The translations under genes were made by a program, and so were the position numbers. DNA of 64,000 bases, from NCBI GenBank assembly GCA_001661245.1, contig KV454016.1, positions 792,648 through 856,647 of the forward strand. The letters are read 5' to 3'. This document shows, piece after piece, positions 1 through 12,915 of this stretch; position 1 is the first letter of the stretch, and the number at the start of each line of letters is the position of its first letter. A model generated the notes under the pieces. The model was not told where the DNA came from. It did not search any database and saw nothing but the letters and a program-made list of their open reading frames with translations. The stretch is from Pachysolen tannophilus NRRL Y-2460. Lineage: Eukaryota.

Positions 1-330
1 ATTATCAGTTAGAATTTAAGTTTAGATTATTTTTTTCTTGAATTTTTAATACCACTAGAGTTAAATTATAATTTTTTTTTGTTGAATTGATTTCATTTTA
101 ATTTCAATCTTTATATTATTGTTCTGCTTATTTTTTCTTTATTTTTTTGACGGGGAAAATCTTGATTACCCACAGTCGTTGAATAAGAAGAGTTTAGGAC
201 TTTAATTATATATATTGTTTTCATTTTTTTTACTTTTTAAGATAGGATCTGTTGTATTACAACGTTATTGCTGTTGTAATACATCAAATTTTAAACTTGG
301 AAATCAATTACAACTGTTAATAGGAGGAAT

Positions 331-2067
331 ATGTTTTCTAGCGGAATTCCATCATCTCCAGTTTTCGAGATTGAAAACTTTATGAACTATAACAGTAACA
401 AGAATAACAATGGAGATTTCTTTGACTATGATAATAGCTTTACATTTAACGGTTCAGACTATGGCTTGAATGTCATGATGAACCAGGTTTATGTGAATCC
501 TAGTTCTATCCCATCGAAACTTTCCACAGCTACTACAACAGTTGCATCAACACAACAAGGTGATTATTTTACTGAGAATTCAATTTTTTTTGATCTGCCA
601 CCATCTATAGATGAGATTCCAGGAACATCGATTTCTTCTGCTTCATCTTCAACAGAGCTTGAATCGTTAAATTTCAAGTTCATCCAACCACAGGATATAG
701 TCAATGCTTTCCCATCAGCATCTGCTTGTACACCACCACTTGGTGGTCAATCGAGTAGTTCTCCTAGAAAATTGAGTGTTCCAAATTTTTCATTTAAAGA
801 ATTGACTGAATTCGAACTTGCACATCACCATAACCAAATACAACAACATCAGCAACAGCTCCAACAACAACTGCAACAATTGCAACAAAAATTCTCTTCT
901 TCAGTTGAATCCACACCTGTACTGTCGGAATTGGGTCGTTCAATAAGTTCTTTGGTTGATTTGGATGAGGCGCAGTTGTTGTTTTCAAATGAAGACTTGA
1001 TGAAGTCTGAATCATTTGGTGACGAACAAGAAGATATAGATAGCCAACAATGCAGTAGTGGTCTTGATGATCATGAACAAAACGAAGTTGTTGATGCTGA
1101 TGATGAAGGCGAGATCCCAGACATTGTTGAAATTAAAAAATATAGAGTTGTTAGAGGTGTTAGTTCAGGTGGTTGTGCTACTAGACCACCAAAGGAAGCA
1201 AAAAATTCTACTTCTAAATTTGTTAAAGTTAAATTACATTTATCAAACGCTGATGGTAATGAATTATGTTTACCTGAATGGAATCTTTTAGAAAGAGAAG
1301 ATGGTAGAAGAATCATTAGAGTTGAAAGAAGACAAAATAGAGAAAATATAGTTGCAAGTTTCTCTGTTGTTGGTTCTGCTATTGATCATCCAGCCCCTGT
1401 ACCTGCACCTGAAGGTGTTGACGTTGTTGAGGTTTCATGTTTGGAATGCATTGTTGATGAAAACTATGATGATTTCGAAGATGTTTCTTCCGAGCTTGGA
1501 TTATTGTCTGATAATGGCAGTGATCTTATCAACCACAATAATAATCATCACAACAACAGCAACAGCAACATTAATCAAGAAAACTTACTGATGGAAGACT
1601 TTGGAATGGACAAGGAGATAAAGCCATTGGAATCACAAATTCAGCAGCAACCACAACAACATTTAAAAACCGCTAAAAAACTTGCAGGCAAGAAAAACGG
1701 ATCAAAGACAGAATATTACATAACCAGTGTTGAAGTTATTAAAATTGTTGAATTATTAATAGGATCTCAAAAAGCTGATGGTCCAAATAAACGTCGTGAA
1801 AGAGGTAGAATTAGATCAAATTTAGTACCATTTTGGTCAAGAAAACCAGTTTCATCCAAAAAAGGATTATCACCATCAGCTTCACCAATTGAAGTTAGAG
1901 ATTTTAGAATTGAATTGGCTCAAAGAATTATGGGTTACGAAACCAGAAAACCTAGAGGATTTGATAAAGAAGTTAGAATTTTGAAATGGGATAAACTTGT
2001 TCCAGCTCTTAAGAGAGCATTACAAAGCTACTATATAGAAATTCCGGAACTAGAATCATCTGTATGA
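331..2067 (+). CDS. MedA/Medusa-like fungal developmental transcriptional regulator
   Basis: 578-aa ORF with an S/Q-rich N-terminus. C-terminal blocks WNLLEREDGRRIIRVERRQ, YITSVEVIKIVELL, ERGRIRSNL and IMGYETRKPRGFDKEVRILKWDKLVPALKRALQSY resemble the conserved MedA C-terminal domain as recalled. Confidence 0.65.
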   Translation: MFSSGIPSSPVFEIENFMNYNSNKNNNGDFFDYDNSFTFNGSDYGLNVMMNQVYVNPSSIPSKLSTATTTVASTQQGDYFTENSIFFDLPPSIDEIPGTSISSASSSTELESLNFKFIQPQDIVNAFPSASACTPPLGGQSSSSPRKLSVPNFSFKELTEFELAHHHNQIQQHQQQLQQQLQQLQQKFSSSVESTPVLSELGRSISSLVDLDEAQLLFSNEDLMKSESFGDEQEDIDSQQCSSGLDDHEQNEVVDADDEGEIPDIVEIKKYRVVRGVSSGGCATRPPKEAKNSTSKFVKVKLHLSNADGNELCLPEWNLLEREDGRRIIRVERRQNRENIVASFSVVGSAIDHPAPVPAPEGVDVVEVSCLECIVDENYDDFEDVSSELGLLSDNGSDLINHNNNHHNNSNSNINQENLLMEDFGMDKEIKPLESQIQQQPQQHLKTAKKLAGKKNGSKTEYYITSVEVIKIVELLIGSQKADGPNKRRERGRIRSNLVPFWSRKPVSSKKGLSPSASPIEVRDFRIELAQRIMGYETRKPRGFDKEVRILKWDKLVPALKRALQSYYIEIPELESSV

Positions 2068-4194
2068 AATGAAATGAAATGAGCGAAAAAAAAAAAAAAG
2101 AAAACAAATTGGAAAAAGTACGAGATGTTTTGAAAGAAAGGTTTTATCATTCAAAAGTTTTGATTGATGTTGCGGACGAATGAGGATGTGTTTTTTTTTT
2201 TTTTTTTGAATCTGATGTGAACACAATTTTTAAATTTTTATTTTTATTTATTTTTTTTTTTAATTTTACGTTTTTTAAGGATATTTGTTGTCTGTTCTTT
2301 AGGGTTGTTCCTTTGATTAAAATAAACTATGTTGTTTTTTTATTGTTTTGTGTTTTTATACATTTTTTTTATTTTTTATTTTTTATCTTTATTATTGTTA
2401 TTTTCGTTGCGTTTTTTTTTTCTTCTTCTACATATTCTATTCTTTTTTTTTTGATGGATTACTGAGTAAATCCTTTTGGTGTATAATTAAAATTATTTTA
2501 TAACTTACCTTTTAATGGATAGGTATTTTTATTTTACTGTGATCTCTTTTATTTTTTTTTTTTTTTTTTTTTTTCTTTATTTAAATGTTGCAACAATAAA
2601 TGAAATAAATTTATATGCGTTTTCCGTAATTAACTTGTCCGTGCGTAAAGATGGTATAATTGAAATAATATTAAACGAACGAAAAAGAACAAATAGACTA
2701 TTTCTTACATAAGTTTTAAACTAAATAAATCAAAGTTATTTACTACTGCTGAAAGGGAAAATTTTTTAATGTACTATTAGTAAATGTTTGCCTATATGTA
2801 GCTATCACATCGCGAGGCATGTCAATAATTTTATTTTAATTTTTAAATTTAAATTTATTTTTATTTCCTAATATAACTTCTTTATAGCATTGTGGTACTA
2901 AAGAAAATAAAATAAAAATAAATAAATGAAAAAATTAGTTCTTCAGCATGGCATTGAATGGCATATATAGAATAGATAGGCAGGAGTATGAGTCTGTAAG
3001 TAAAATTAAAACTAAATTGATTATTAAAAAAAAAAAATATTTGTTTTCATTGTTCTGCGTCTAATATAGCACAGCAAGCATTCATAAATTGAATTGATCT
3101 ATCTATAAATATGTGTTGTAGAATACTAATTATCTTTAAAATCAAAAAAGATAAAAAGATTATTAAGCACTAAATTAGAAGAGAACTTGAAAGCATGGAT
3201 ATTTAATTAATAACATAAGCTTAAATCAAATATGCAATTAATATAGCGGATTCCCATATATTGGGATAAACAAAAGATTTTTTTAAAAAAGAACCAAAAA
3301 ACCAAAAGACAAAAAAAAATTTTTATTTTATCACGTAGATCAATGCATATTTTAAAAAACTGATTTACAATTGAGTTAACAAATGCAGTTGTTATAAAAG
3401 TTGTAAATTCTAGAGATCCTTATTATCAGAGTAAACTCAGATATACTTCTTCACAATTATTCAACTAAAAAACCAGCATGCTTCATACCTCGAAGGAGGT
3501 TTTTCTTTTGATTTAAATCAATCTAAAAATTAAATTTATGCTTATTGATAAGGGAAAGAGCAATCAAAATAAAAAATTAAAAAATAAAAGTCTTTTTATT
3601 TTTATTTTAATTTATAATGTGGAATATAAGAATAAATTTGAAACTGCTAAAAAAAAATTCAATTGATGGAAATTCTATAAAAATTCTCTATGAAAATAAA
3701 AAATCATCAATTGTTTAAGAAAGCTTAATTAGGTCAATTAATTGCGTGCATACGATGTAGGTGATCTATTTTGTAGTTAAATAAAAGAGATATAGTTTTA
3801 GTTTTAATTTTTTCAATATTTTAATAAAAATTCATTTCTGCTGCAGGTCTGCCATTTCAAAATTTTTTAGTTTCCAGTCTTTTCCGTGACGTGCAATTAA
3901 CAAGCTACTATCAATTAGTTATTTTTCAAATTAATGATTTCTCTATGTTCTTCCGAAAGAGGAAAGTCACAAGGCAATTGTCACAGCCCTTGAAAACTTG
4001 CAAAAAAAAAAATTAAAAAATTACTGTTTTTTTTGCAAGTTTAAAATAAAATTCCTGTTTAACAAAGAGGGTTGTGGTAGAAATGAGAAATGAAAACATG
4101 AAATGCTTTTTATTTTTTTAATTGTATTTTTTTTTTTTTTTTTTTTTGATCATCATATATATAAAATTGCAAATTTGTAAATTTCAGTTAAGCT

Positions 4195-4924
4195 ATGAAT
4201 CATAGCGCTAATATTAGCAATAACAACAATAGTAACAATAGTAACAGTAGTAATAGTAATAGTAGCTATGCACGAAATGTATTTAAAGTCAATGAGTCAA
4301 GATTTGCTAAAAATTATAGAGATAGGTTTGCATCAGCGGCATCAGCGGCTACATCAGGGACAGTAGGGACGCCAGTTAATGGTGGAGGAATAGGAGGAAC
4401 GGGCGCAGGACGTACTGGTAGGCCTTTGGTGTTTTCTCAAGATTTGACAAATTGTGCTACAATAACTATTGGGAGGCGCGGTGATAAGGAAAATAAAAAT
4501 TATTCAATTCGTGATGACGTAAATTCAAATTCAAAGAAATCAGGACTATTTATTACTAGAAACTCAGCCAGTGATTATGCTTCCGCCAATGGTGGTGGTG
4601 GAAGTGGTGGTAGTGGTGGCAGTGCTGTTAGCAACCGTGCTGATAGAAGTAGCGGGGTTGTCGCTGATAGTAGCGCTCATGGAGAAAATGATACAACGAG
4701 TAACTCAAGGGTAAACGATGCTTCATTTTATGAGCCAGTTCAATTGACAGTAAAGTTCCATGAATTGAAGACTTCGTCACTGGAAATCTTGATTGATTTA
4801 TCAATGCTACCTGGATCCAAAGAAGGAGATGTTGCTGAATTGGAACCATTGGAAGGTTCTTCTAAAAAATTTTATTTCATAGTGAAATCGTTATTAGACC
4901 CAGCGGTAGTCAATCACAATAATA

Positions 4925-4959
<35 letters not shown>

Positions 4960-7900
4960 CAACCTCTTTCTACAACAACAACAACAACAACAGCAACAAA
5001 TAATGGTAATGTAAATACAATGAATTTTCAACAAAAAATCTCAATTCTTTCTGGGCCATTACCATTGTTGTTGAACTTGAAACCGAGAAGTCCGGTATTG
5101 ATCAGGTTAAAACAGAAAAAGGAAATAGAAGCAGATGTGGTGGAATTATATATTCGAGATATATATCTTTCTCGTGGTGATATGTGGAACTTGAACTTAA
5201 TGCTTGTGGGGAAATGTATATATAAATCACAAAGAGTTACATTCATCGATAACGCTATAAGAGGTTCAGTTAATGGGATTTATAGAAATGGTAGAAAAGT
5301 ATTTTCAGCTTATGTTGGTGAAGATACAAAGTTAGTAATAAGATCAGAGTCAGCTAGATTGACTTTTTTAATTCAAATATCAAGAGAAATGTGGAATTTT
5401 GAAGAAAGTGGAGAAATTATTTTTCATAAACTGATTAATTCATTATTTCCTAAAATTTTTAAAAAATGGCAAGAATTAGGAACACATCATTTAATAACAA
5501 TAGTATTATTTACAAGTGTAGACCTTGGTGAAGAAAATTGGAAAAAATTGGACCATGGTGAACGCCCAAGGAATACAAAAGATTATTATAGAGTAGTTGT
5601 TGATCAAGTCAATATTGTATTATGGAGTGAAATTATGAGTAGTTTAAGATATGAATTTGCTAATTTCATGAAAGATATTATATTCCAAAAAAATGATGGA
5701 ACAGATGAAAATCTTAAAGATGAGGGAAACAAAGATGTGGATATTATGAATTTAGATGATGCTGCTAAGAAGCACGCTCGTTATGTTATCAAGGGAAGGT
5801 TTTTACCTGCGATAAAGGGTAATATATTAGAAGCAATAAATCTTGGAACAACCTTAGTGACTGATCATTTCCGTGACCCAGATTTGAGGCATACGACAAA
5901 TCATTTTGTAGTCATAACAGCAAGCGCAGGATTGTTTGATGTAGACAGAGACTTAATGGTGGAAACGAGTAAGAAAATGTTAAGTATAGATGCAGCATTG
6001 GATATTTTTTGCCTCAGTCAACCTCCTTTACATGCGGTTCCGCTATTTAGATATAAAGGTTATCATTTGGAGACCCAACATTGTATTCCATCATGGGTAG
6101 ATATATCATTTTGGAGTGATGGCAATCAATCAATCAATCAATGGATTCCACGTTGTAAAATATACGAGATACAAATGATGGGTGTTATGGAAAATGAAAT
6201 TAGTGATACTAGCATTGAAAATCTAAAAGAAACAAAGGCAAAAACTATTCTCGAATATATGGATGAATACGATGAAGGTATTTTCAAAGTTACAGACGAC
6301 GACTACAATAGTGTTGCTGGTTACCCATTAGATGATTCAAATCATAGATTAAGACGAAGTTCTTCTGAATCATCTTCATCATTGGATCCGTATGAGATAA
6401 ATTTCTTTAAGAAAAATTTCAGTAATAACGCTAAACAAGTTGAACGATTTGGCTCGTTTCAAAGTTTGACACCACTAACACCAGTATCTACTTTGAAAAT
6501 GCCTGTTGCAAGCGATAAGCCAATAACTGCAGCTACAATTTCAGATGTTGTATTTGGTGTCACTAGTTCTAAATCAAATATGACTGCTTTGTCTTCTTTG
6601 TTAAATTTAACGAAAAATCCAACAACCAGTCCTTCTTCTGGAACTGATATCTCTAGTATTATTAACACGAGAAAGAGGCAAAACTCTTCGCCAATTAGGA
6701 CCAATCACTCAAATGATTCATCCTTATCGACCAACGGCAAAACTGTGAATACATCCAGATCTCATTCTTTGAATTTGGGACAAACAGCTTCAACATCTGA
6801 GAAACCCCATACCAATGTTAGTCGTGATAATAACGATAGGAAGCCATCAGATTTTATTTCTGCAAAAATTCCCTATCCATCCGAAATTCCTCAAACGGCA
6901 TCTTCTTCTTATTCGAATAAATCCATGAATAGATTGCACACTTTGGGAATGACGGGGTCTTCCCCTTCGAATTCTTTGAATAGTTTATCACAACAATCAA
7001 AGAAGGCATTACCAGAAATATTTTCTGAAGAAATGTATGCTAAAAGCATGATGTGGACTCAAATAGATAACCCTTCAACAACTGTTGATCCTAATTCGGT
7101 AGTCTTATTAGTTAATGGCAGATGGGAGCATGTATTTCCTAAGAATGCCAAGAGAAGAGCAATTAAATGGACTTCTTTATCATCACCTGCTGCCTTGCCA
7201 ATTACAACTACACATTTCCCGTTTGATTTCCACTCAAATTTTACTTTTAAATTATATGATATCATCTTAAATTCAAGTACCGCCCATGAGGATATTAATA
7301 CTGGGGATTTGATGAGGGAAATGATTTCTTTGAGATTAACATTAGGCTTCCAAATATGTGTTGGAGAAAAAGTAAAGAAAGTCGAGAGAAAAAGAAAACC
7401 TGGCGGAGACGCTAATTTATTGATCAAATTTGTTCAGCATAACAAGTTCGAAGGCTCCAGGATATATATGTCGTACAACGATGAAGTACATAGGATTGCC
7501 GCTGACTTTCATGGCAGTATTAATGTTCAGATTTATAAACGGTCAAATTCTACTTTTTTGCCTGTGACAAATGGTCCTATAAGGGAGTATTATCCTAAAA
7601 TAAGGACGCGTTATGACGAACAATATACGACTGCGAAAATTGATGCCTTGAATAACGAACCAAAGAAGTATAACTGGAATTACTTGGATCAGATATTAGC
7701 AGGCTATGGGGATTCAATTGATGATGAGTACCAAGTGTGCAATAAAGTGAAATTTGTCATCTTACCTGCTGAAATTCCCGAGAATTCTTATAACTTTGGT
7801 GTGCAAGATTCTGGGGGCGCTAATTCCGGCACTCAAAAGGATAGGTTAAACGGTGAAGAAATTAGATTAGAAGGTTTACGTAGATTAATAGCTACCTTAT

Positions 7901-9465
7901 ACAAAGGTAGATATAGATCACCAGAAGAAGTTAGAAGGTTAGGAAATGTAGTCAAAAAAGAGGAAATAATACCAGAGATAAATTTTTATACTGGAAATTT
8001 GTTCAAATTTTTAAACCAACAAGCCGAAAATTTGGATTTATCGACAGCAAATAACAAAGAATCATTGTTCGTTAAAGAAAATTCATTAAATTTAAACCGT
8101 GATATAAAGTTAGTTCAATTAGCATCTATTCTTCAAGGTCCTAAAGGTATTAAATTTGTTGACAGAAAATGGCATTGGAAAACTCATCCTAATTGTTTTC
8201 TTGGGTTAGAATTTGTTAGTTGGATAATCAATAATTTTGAGAGGATTGACACTAGAGAAGACGCCGCTGCCTTCGGAAATAAATTGATGCAAGAAAATCT
8301 TTTTTCTCATGTTGAGAGCAGACATACATTTCTTGATGGCCATTATTTCTACAAATTAAATCCAGAATATACAGTTGATAAGTCGGCAACAGCGTTGCAA
8401 GCTAATGAAGGGTCATCTTCGATAACTTCCAATAACAATGGCACTGAAATTGACTCAGAAAACCGCAATACTGGTTGGTTTGCTAAAAGAACGAGTGTGG
8501 ATGCGAAATCACCTCTTTTATCACATAATGACTCTACAAAGTCACCTAAATCTAAGATACCAGGATCACAGGTACTATCACCACAGTCGGAGAATAGTAT
8601 CGATAGTAATTCTTTAATTAAACAATCGTCTAACAATTTTCAAAAAGTCAATAGTGGGCCTTCTAACAATACAACCTCTAACAGTGCTACAGATGTCAAG
8701 AGGGTCATGTTGAGTAGGTCACTTATTTACGATGTGGACCCACAGAAAAAGTCCTACAGACCAGAATTAGTAACTGTTCATTACGACAGGGTACATAATT
8801 TGGAACACTGTTTTCATATTAGGCTTGAATGGTTGAACACTACTTCCAAATTGATTGATGATACCATCAGTAGTTGGTCTAGAGTATGCGAAAGATATGG
8901 TCTTAAATTAGTTGAAACTCCCTGGAATGAGTTGTGTACTATACCAACTAAAAATCCATTTCATTCTTTTGTTGATATTACTTTGGCGGTTAATCCATGG
9001 TATGACAGTGAGTTTTGCGAGGGAAACGGAAAAATAATTTTGTTTGAAAATAAATTTTTTTACCATATGTTTTTGTTAGAAGTGTCTGGTTTCTTGTTGG
9101 ATAACAGAGCCGCTTTATTTTTTCAAGATGACAGTTTTGAAGTTCATTATTCATGGGGTAAATCTAGTTTTAAATATGTTCAGTATATCCATAAGACAGG
9201 TGCATATATTGCAGAGGTTAGAGACAGCGGTGATTTATTTTTGGCCCCAAATAATACGCATATTGCAAGGGTTAATGTGCAGAAAAATCAACAAAACAGT
9301 TCTAAAAATGAGAACTTTATATTAGACTCACAAAGGATTATGTTGGAGTTCAGAGCCACTTGTAAAGATGAAGTGAAGTTAAAGCAAATTTTTAGAGAGG
9401 CAAGGTCGAGATGGGAACTCAGAAGGGACATTGATGATGCTTTATTCAATGACGTTGGCAGTTAG
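4195..9465 (+). CDS. IML1: SEACIT/GATOR1 subunit Iml1 (DEPDC5 orthologue)
   Basis: 1756 aa. IML1 domain (YLSRGDMW, RSESARLTFLIQISREMWNFEESGE, KDYYRVVVD), DEP domain (DRKWHWKTHPNCFLGLEFVSW) and C-terminal HYDRVHN. Adjacent to HOM6 as in S. cerevisiae. Confidence 0.97.
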
Positions 9466-9619
9466 GGCCAATATTTTATTTACGATATATTTTATGTTTA
9501 TCATTGAGGCAAAGTTATGAATAATTGTAATTTTAATAATCTATAATGAAGGAAACAGGAAACACTAAAAGCTATGTATTTGTTATTACTTTAAAAAAAT
9601 TTAAAATGTAAATTCGTAA

Positions 9620-10804
9620 CTATTTAGCAATTCTTTGAGCAATCTTAATGGTATCTGCCAACACACCGGCAGCAGTTACTTCAGCACCAGCACCAGCACC
9701 TTGTATAATTAAAGGATCACTATATCTTGTAGTCTTGATAGAAATGACATTAGCCGATCCTTTAAGTGAAGCAAAAGGATGACTTTGATCATATTTCTCA
9801 ACACCAACAGAAACAATTTTCTTATCCATATCAATCTTACCTACAAATCTTAAAACTTTCTTTTCTCTTTCCACTTCTTCTTTCAAAGCTTTCATGTCAT
9901 CATCATAACTTGGCAATTTCTGCATAAATTCAGAAGTTGATTCAATAGATTCCAAAGGTTTTGGAATCAATGATTGAACTGGGAATGAAGTTGGTGATTC
10001 AACATCAAAACCAGCGAGTCTGGCCAATATAGTAACTTTTCTGGCAACATCTAAACCATTTAAATCATCTCTTGGATCAGGCTCAGTATAACCCAAGTCT
10101 TTAGCAATTGAAACAATCTCTGAAAATTTTGTATCATTTGGAACAACTGTTGAAAACTCATTAAAGATGTATGAAAGTGTACCAGAAAAAATACCTTCAA
10201 TTTTTTCAATCTTATCTCCAGTTTCAATCATGTCACGTACAGTACCTATAATTGGCAATCCAGCACCTACTGTGGCTTCATGATAAACCAATCCACCATT
10301 TGGTGATGAAGAATTAGCAAAAATCTCGTTCCATGTTTCCAAATCGCTAGAGAAAGCCTTTTTATTTGGAGTTGCTATAGAAATACCATGTTTAATCAAA
10401 GTTGGATAAAACGAGGCCAAATTAGCATCAGATGTGTTATCAACTAAAACAGTTGGCAATGGAGACTTCTCCAAGAACGATAACAATTCACCATTTGATA
10501 ATGAAGGTGAAGATGAAGATTTAACAATATCTGACCATGACGTCAAATCAATAGGACGGTAATCTTGAGAAATCAAAGCTTTACTTGATCTTGAAATAAG
10601 AATAACATTATAAGCAATGCTTTTAGATTGGATGTTTTTCAATTGGTTAATGAATGCCGATCCAACAACACCGGTACCTAAACTCGAGCAATTTTGGTTA
10701 GTTCCTATTAATTTTATAGCAAAACAAAAAATATTATTAAAAAAAAAAAGAATACAAAATCAATGAAACATACCAATAATAGCAACATTAATTGATTTGG
10801 ACAT
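9620..10804 (-). CDS. HOM6: Homoserine dehydrogenase; exons 10804-10774 and 10677-9620 (362 aa)
   Basis: Splicing restores the Rossmann start MSKSINVAIIGTGVVGSAF. Motifs HEATVGAGLP, GYTEPDPRDDLNGLDVARK and GAGAGAEVTAAGV are present. Confidence 0.97.
10678..10773 (-). other. Spliceosomal intron in HOM6 (96 nt, phase 1)
   Basis: GTATGT donor, AACTAAC branch-like site (10697-10703) and TAG acceptor; removal fuses the frame. Confidence 0.92.
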
Positions 10805-11130
10805 ATTTTAACAAATTAAACACTAATATTATAGCTATAACAACTTTCTGTCTATTCAAAAACTTGAGTTGGAATTAGATAATTACTATAGATTAAGTTG
10901 ATTTCATTCACTAGTTGAAAAGTTTAAAAGTTGAAAAATTCATTTAAACCAAGTTGAACGAAATTTACTACACGACTTAATTATTATAAAAACTAAACGG
11001 ACAAAACTTTTATTAAAATATCATCTCAGGTCATAAGTGAAAAGTGAGGAAACTCACAAAGGATCTAAATATAAAAACTGTATTAAGGTAGAAAAAAAGT
11101 GTTGTATCATATTATAGCATATTATTGCTT

Positions 11131-12558
11131 TTAATATAAACCTAATTCTTTATCTGTCATTTCGTATCTAACCCAGTTAGATACGCAATTTTGATCGTAC
11201 AAATGAGGAAATGAAAACTTTCCTACTTCACATACAGGTCCACCTAGTTTACCTGATTTTGGTCCTGGTTCTCTTGTGTTGCATTTGTCACTATTTGGGC
11301 AGTTGTAGTATGGATAATGTTCGTATCCTATATCTCTGAACCAATGAATTTTAGATTTATCTTCAAATAATCCTAAACCTACAGAATGTACAGGTGCATC
11401 CCCCCATCTTTCATAATAAAATCCCCCTTTAGAATCCAAATATTGGAACCAATTATCATAAGGTTCTGATCTAAAGAAATCCATATTTCCTATTTCAAAA
11501 TTAGACCAGAAATGACAAGTTGAATAACCACCTGTTTCAGTTGTCTTTTTTTTATTCATAAAATCTTCAGTCAACCAATTAAATGCTCCATTTGGATGTA
11601 AATATTGCGGGTTTTGACTTAAAAATTCTAATGTTGTAGGCCACAAGGTTTTTATCGATTGCTGAGCATCATACAAACTTATGGTAAAACCATATGTCTT
11701 ATTATTCATTTCCATAAATTTAAATAAATCATAATCAATTTTACAAAAATAATTTGTTCCAGGTTCAAATCTCCAATACCACTTAAATTTCAGTAATCTT
11801 GGATGTTTATAAAAATTACCAGAATAGAAACGACACATGTTATGGTAACTCTCCATTTCCGAATATCCTATCTTTTCTTCTTTTAAATACAGAATTCCTT
11901 CACGTTCTTTTTCTTTATCTATTGTAGAAGGTTTTTTCCAAATTTTAGGATCAATAGCTTCAAAATAAAGTTCTCTACCTGGTAATAACAGCTTAATTCC
12001 ATTAATAAATTTTTGAGAAAATTCTGCATCATTTAAAAAAGTATATGGATAATGATATTTATTATTGAACTTATCTTCAATTTGTTGAATAGTAACAATA
12101 ACTTTATTTAACTCTCTATTTCTAGCTAATACCAATAATGTCGCATTTGCTCTATCATAATTAGAAGGATCCAGAGGAGGTTTCACCAAATTATCAACTT
12201 TTGGTTCATCAATTTTTTGAGTCAAATATTCATCATATTCACGCATATTCCAATTTATTATTTCATCTCTTGACATATCAGACTGTGGTAATTTCCCACT
12301 AAAAATCTTCTTCTTGATTAACCTTTCCAAAATAGAAGGCACCGAGAGCCCAGAAAGCTGCTGGTCCCCATTCTTAACACCACCCAGAACAGGTGATTTA
12401 TCATTTATATATTCGGACACGTATCCCGTCAACGTTTGAACTTGTATATTATATTCTGGGAAATAACTTTTATTAATGAAAAAACCCAAACCTACAAGAC
12501 AAATCAGCACCAATACCAACGTGAAAAATTTAATAAACTTTTTATTTAGTTTCAACAT
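11131..12558 (-). CDS. KRE2/KTR family (GT15) alpha-1,2-mannosyltransferase, type II membrane
   Basis: N-terminal TM segment; ANATLLVLARN, SYHNMCRFYSG, CHFWSNFEIG and GGFYYERWGDAPVHS motifs. Confidence 0.95.
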   Translation of the reverse strand: MLKLNKKFIKFFTLVLVLICLVGLGFFINKSYFPEYNIQVQTLTGYVSEYINDKSPVLGGVKNGDQQLSGLSVPSILERLIKKKIFSGKLPQSDMSRDEIINWNMREYDEYLTQKIDEPKVDNLVKPPLDPSNYDRANATLLVLARNRELNKVIVTIQQIEDKFNNKYHYPYTFLNDAEFSQKFINGIKLLLPGRELYFEAIDPKIWKKPSTIDKEKEREGILYLKEEKIGYSEMESYHNMCRFYSGNFYKHPRLLKFKWYWRFEPGTNYFCKIDYDLFKFMEMNNKTYGFTISLYDAQQSIKTLWPTTLEFLSQNPQYLHPNGAFNWLTEDFMNKKKTTETGGYSTCHFWSNFEIGNMDFFRSEPYDNWFQYLDSKGGFYYERWGDAPVHSVGLGLFEDKSKIHWFRDIGYEHYPYYNCPNSDKCNTREPGPKSGKLGGPVCEVGKFSFPHLYDQNCVSNWVRYEMTDKELGLY

Positions 12559-12611
12559 ATCGTCTTCCTATACTTCTTGATATTCATTTGGAATGATACT
12601 TTATATATATT

Positions 12612-12648
<37 letters not shown>

Positions 12649-12915
12649 GTCATTTAATATAGTAAAATAAAATAAAAGAAGGGTTCAGCTTCAGCTTAGC
12701 CCTACTTTGCCCATATTTATTAGTGCATTTTATTTTCTTTTAAAAATTTCGCATTTTTTAAAGGAAAAAATCAAAATCAAAATAAAAAGCAAAACGCGGT
12801 ACGCAATATGCGCACAATATACACAACAATATGCGCACCACACATTTAACTTCATCTACAGCACAACTGCGGACTTATCAGCGAGCTCATCAGCGGACTT
12901 ATTCACTATTATTAT

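Noticed and set aside
2217..2712. Phe/Ile-rich short ORFs (also 24044, 24461, 28304, 49729, 63278)
   Set aside because: They derive from T-rich 3' UTR or intergenic DNA and show no conserved features.
2068..4194. Long AT-rich intergenic region as a possible centromere (TCACGTAG at about 3331)
   Set aside because: No CDEI-CDEII-CDEIII arrangement, long inverted repeats or LTRs; similar AT-rich gaps occur throughout the window.
12614..12647. (TA)n and homopolymer tracts throughout
   Set aside because: Ordinary microsatellites of an AT-rich yeast genome; not CRISPR or mobile elements.
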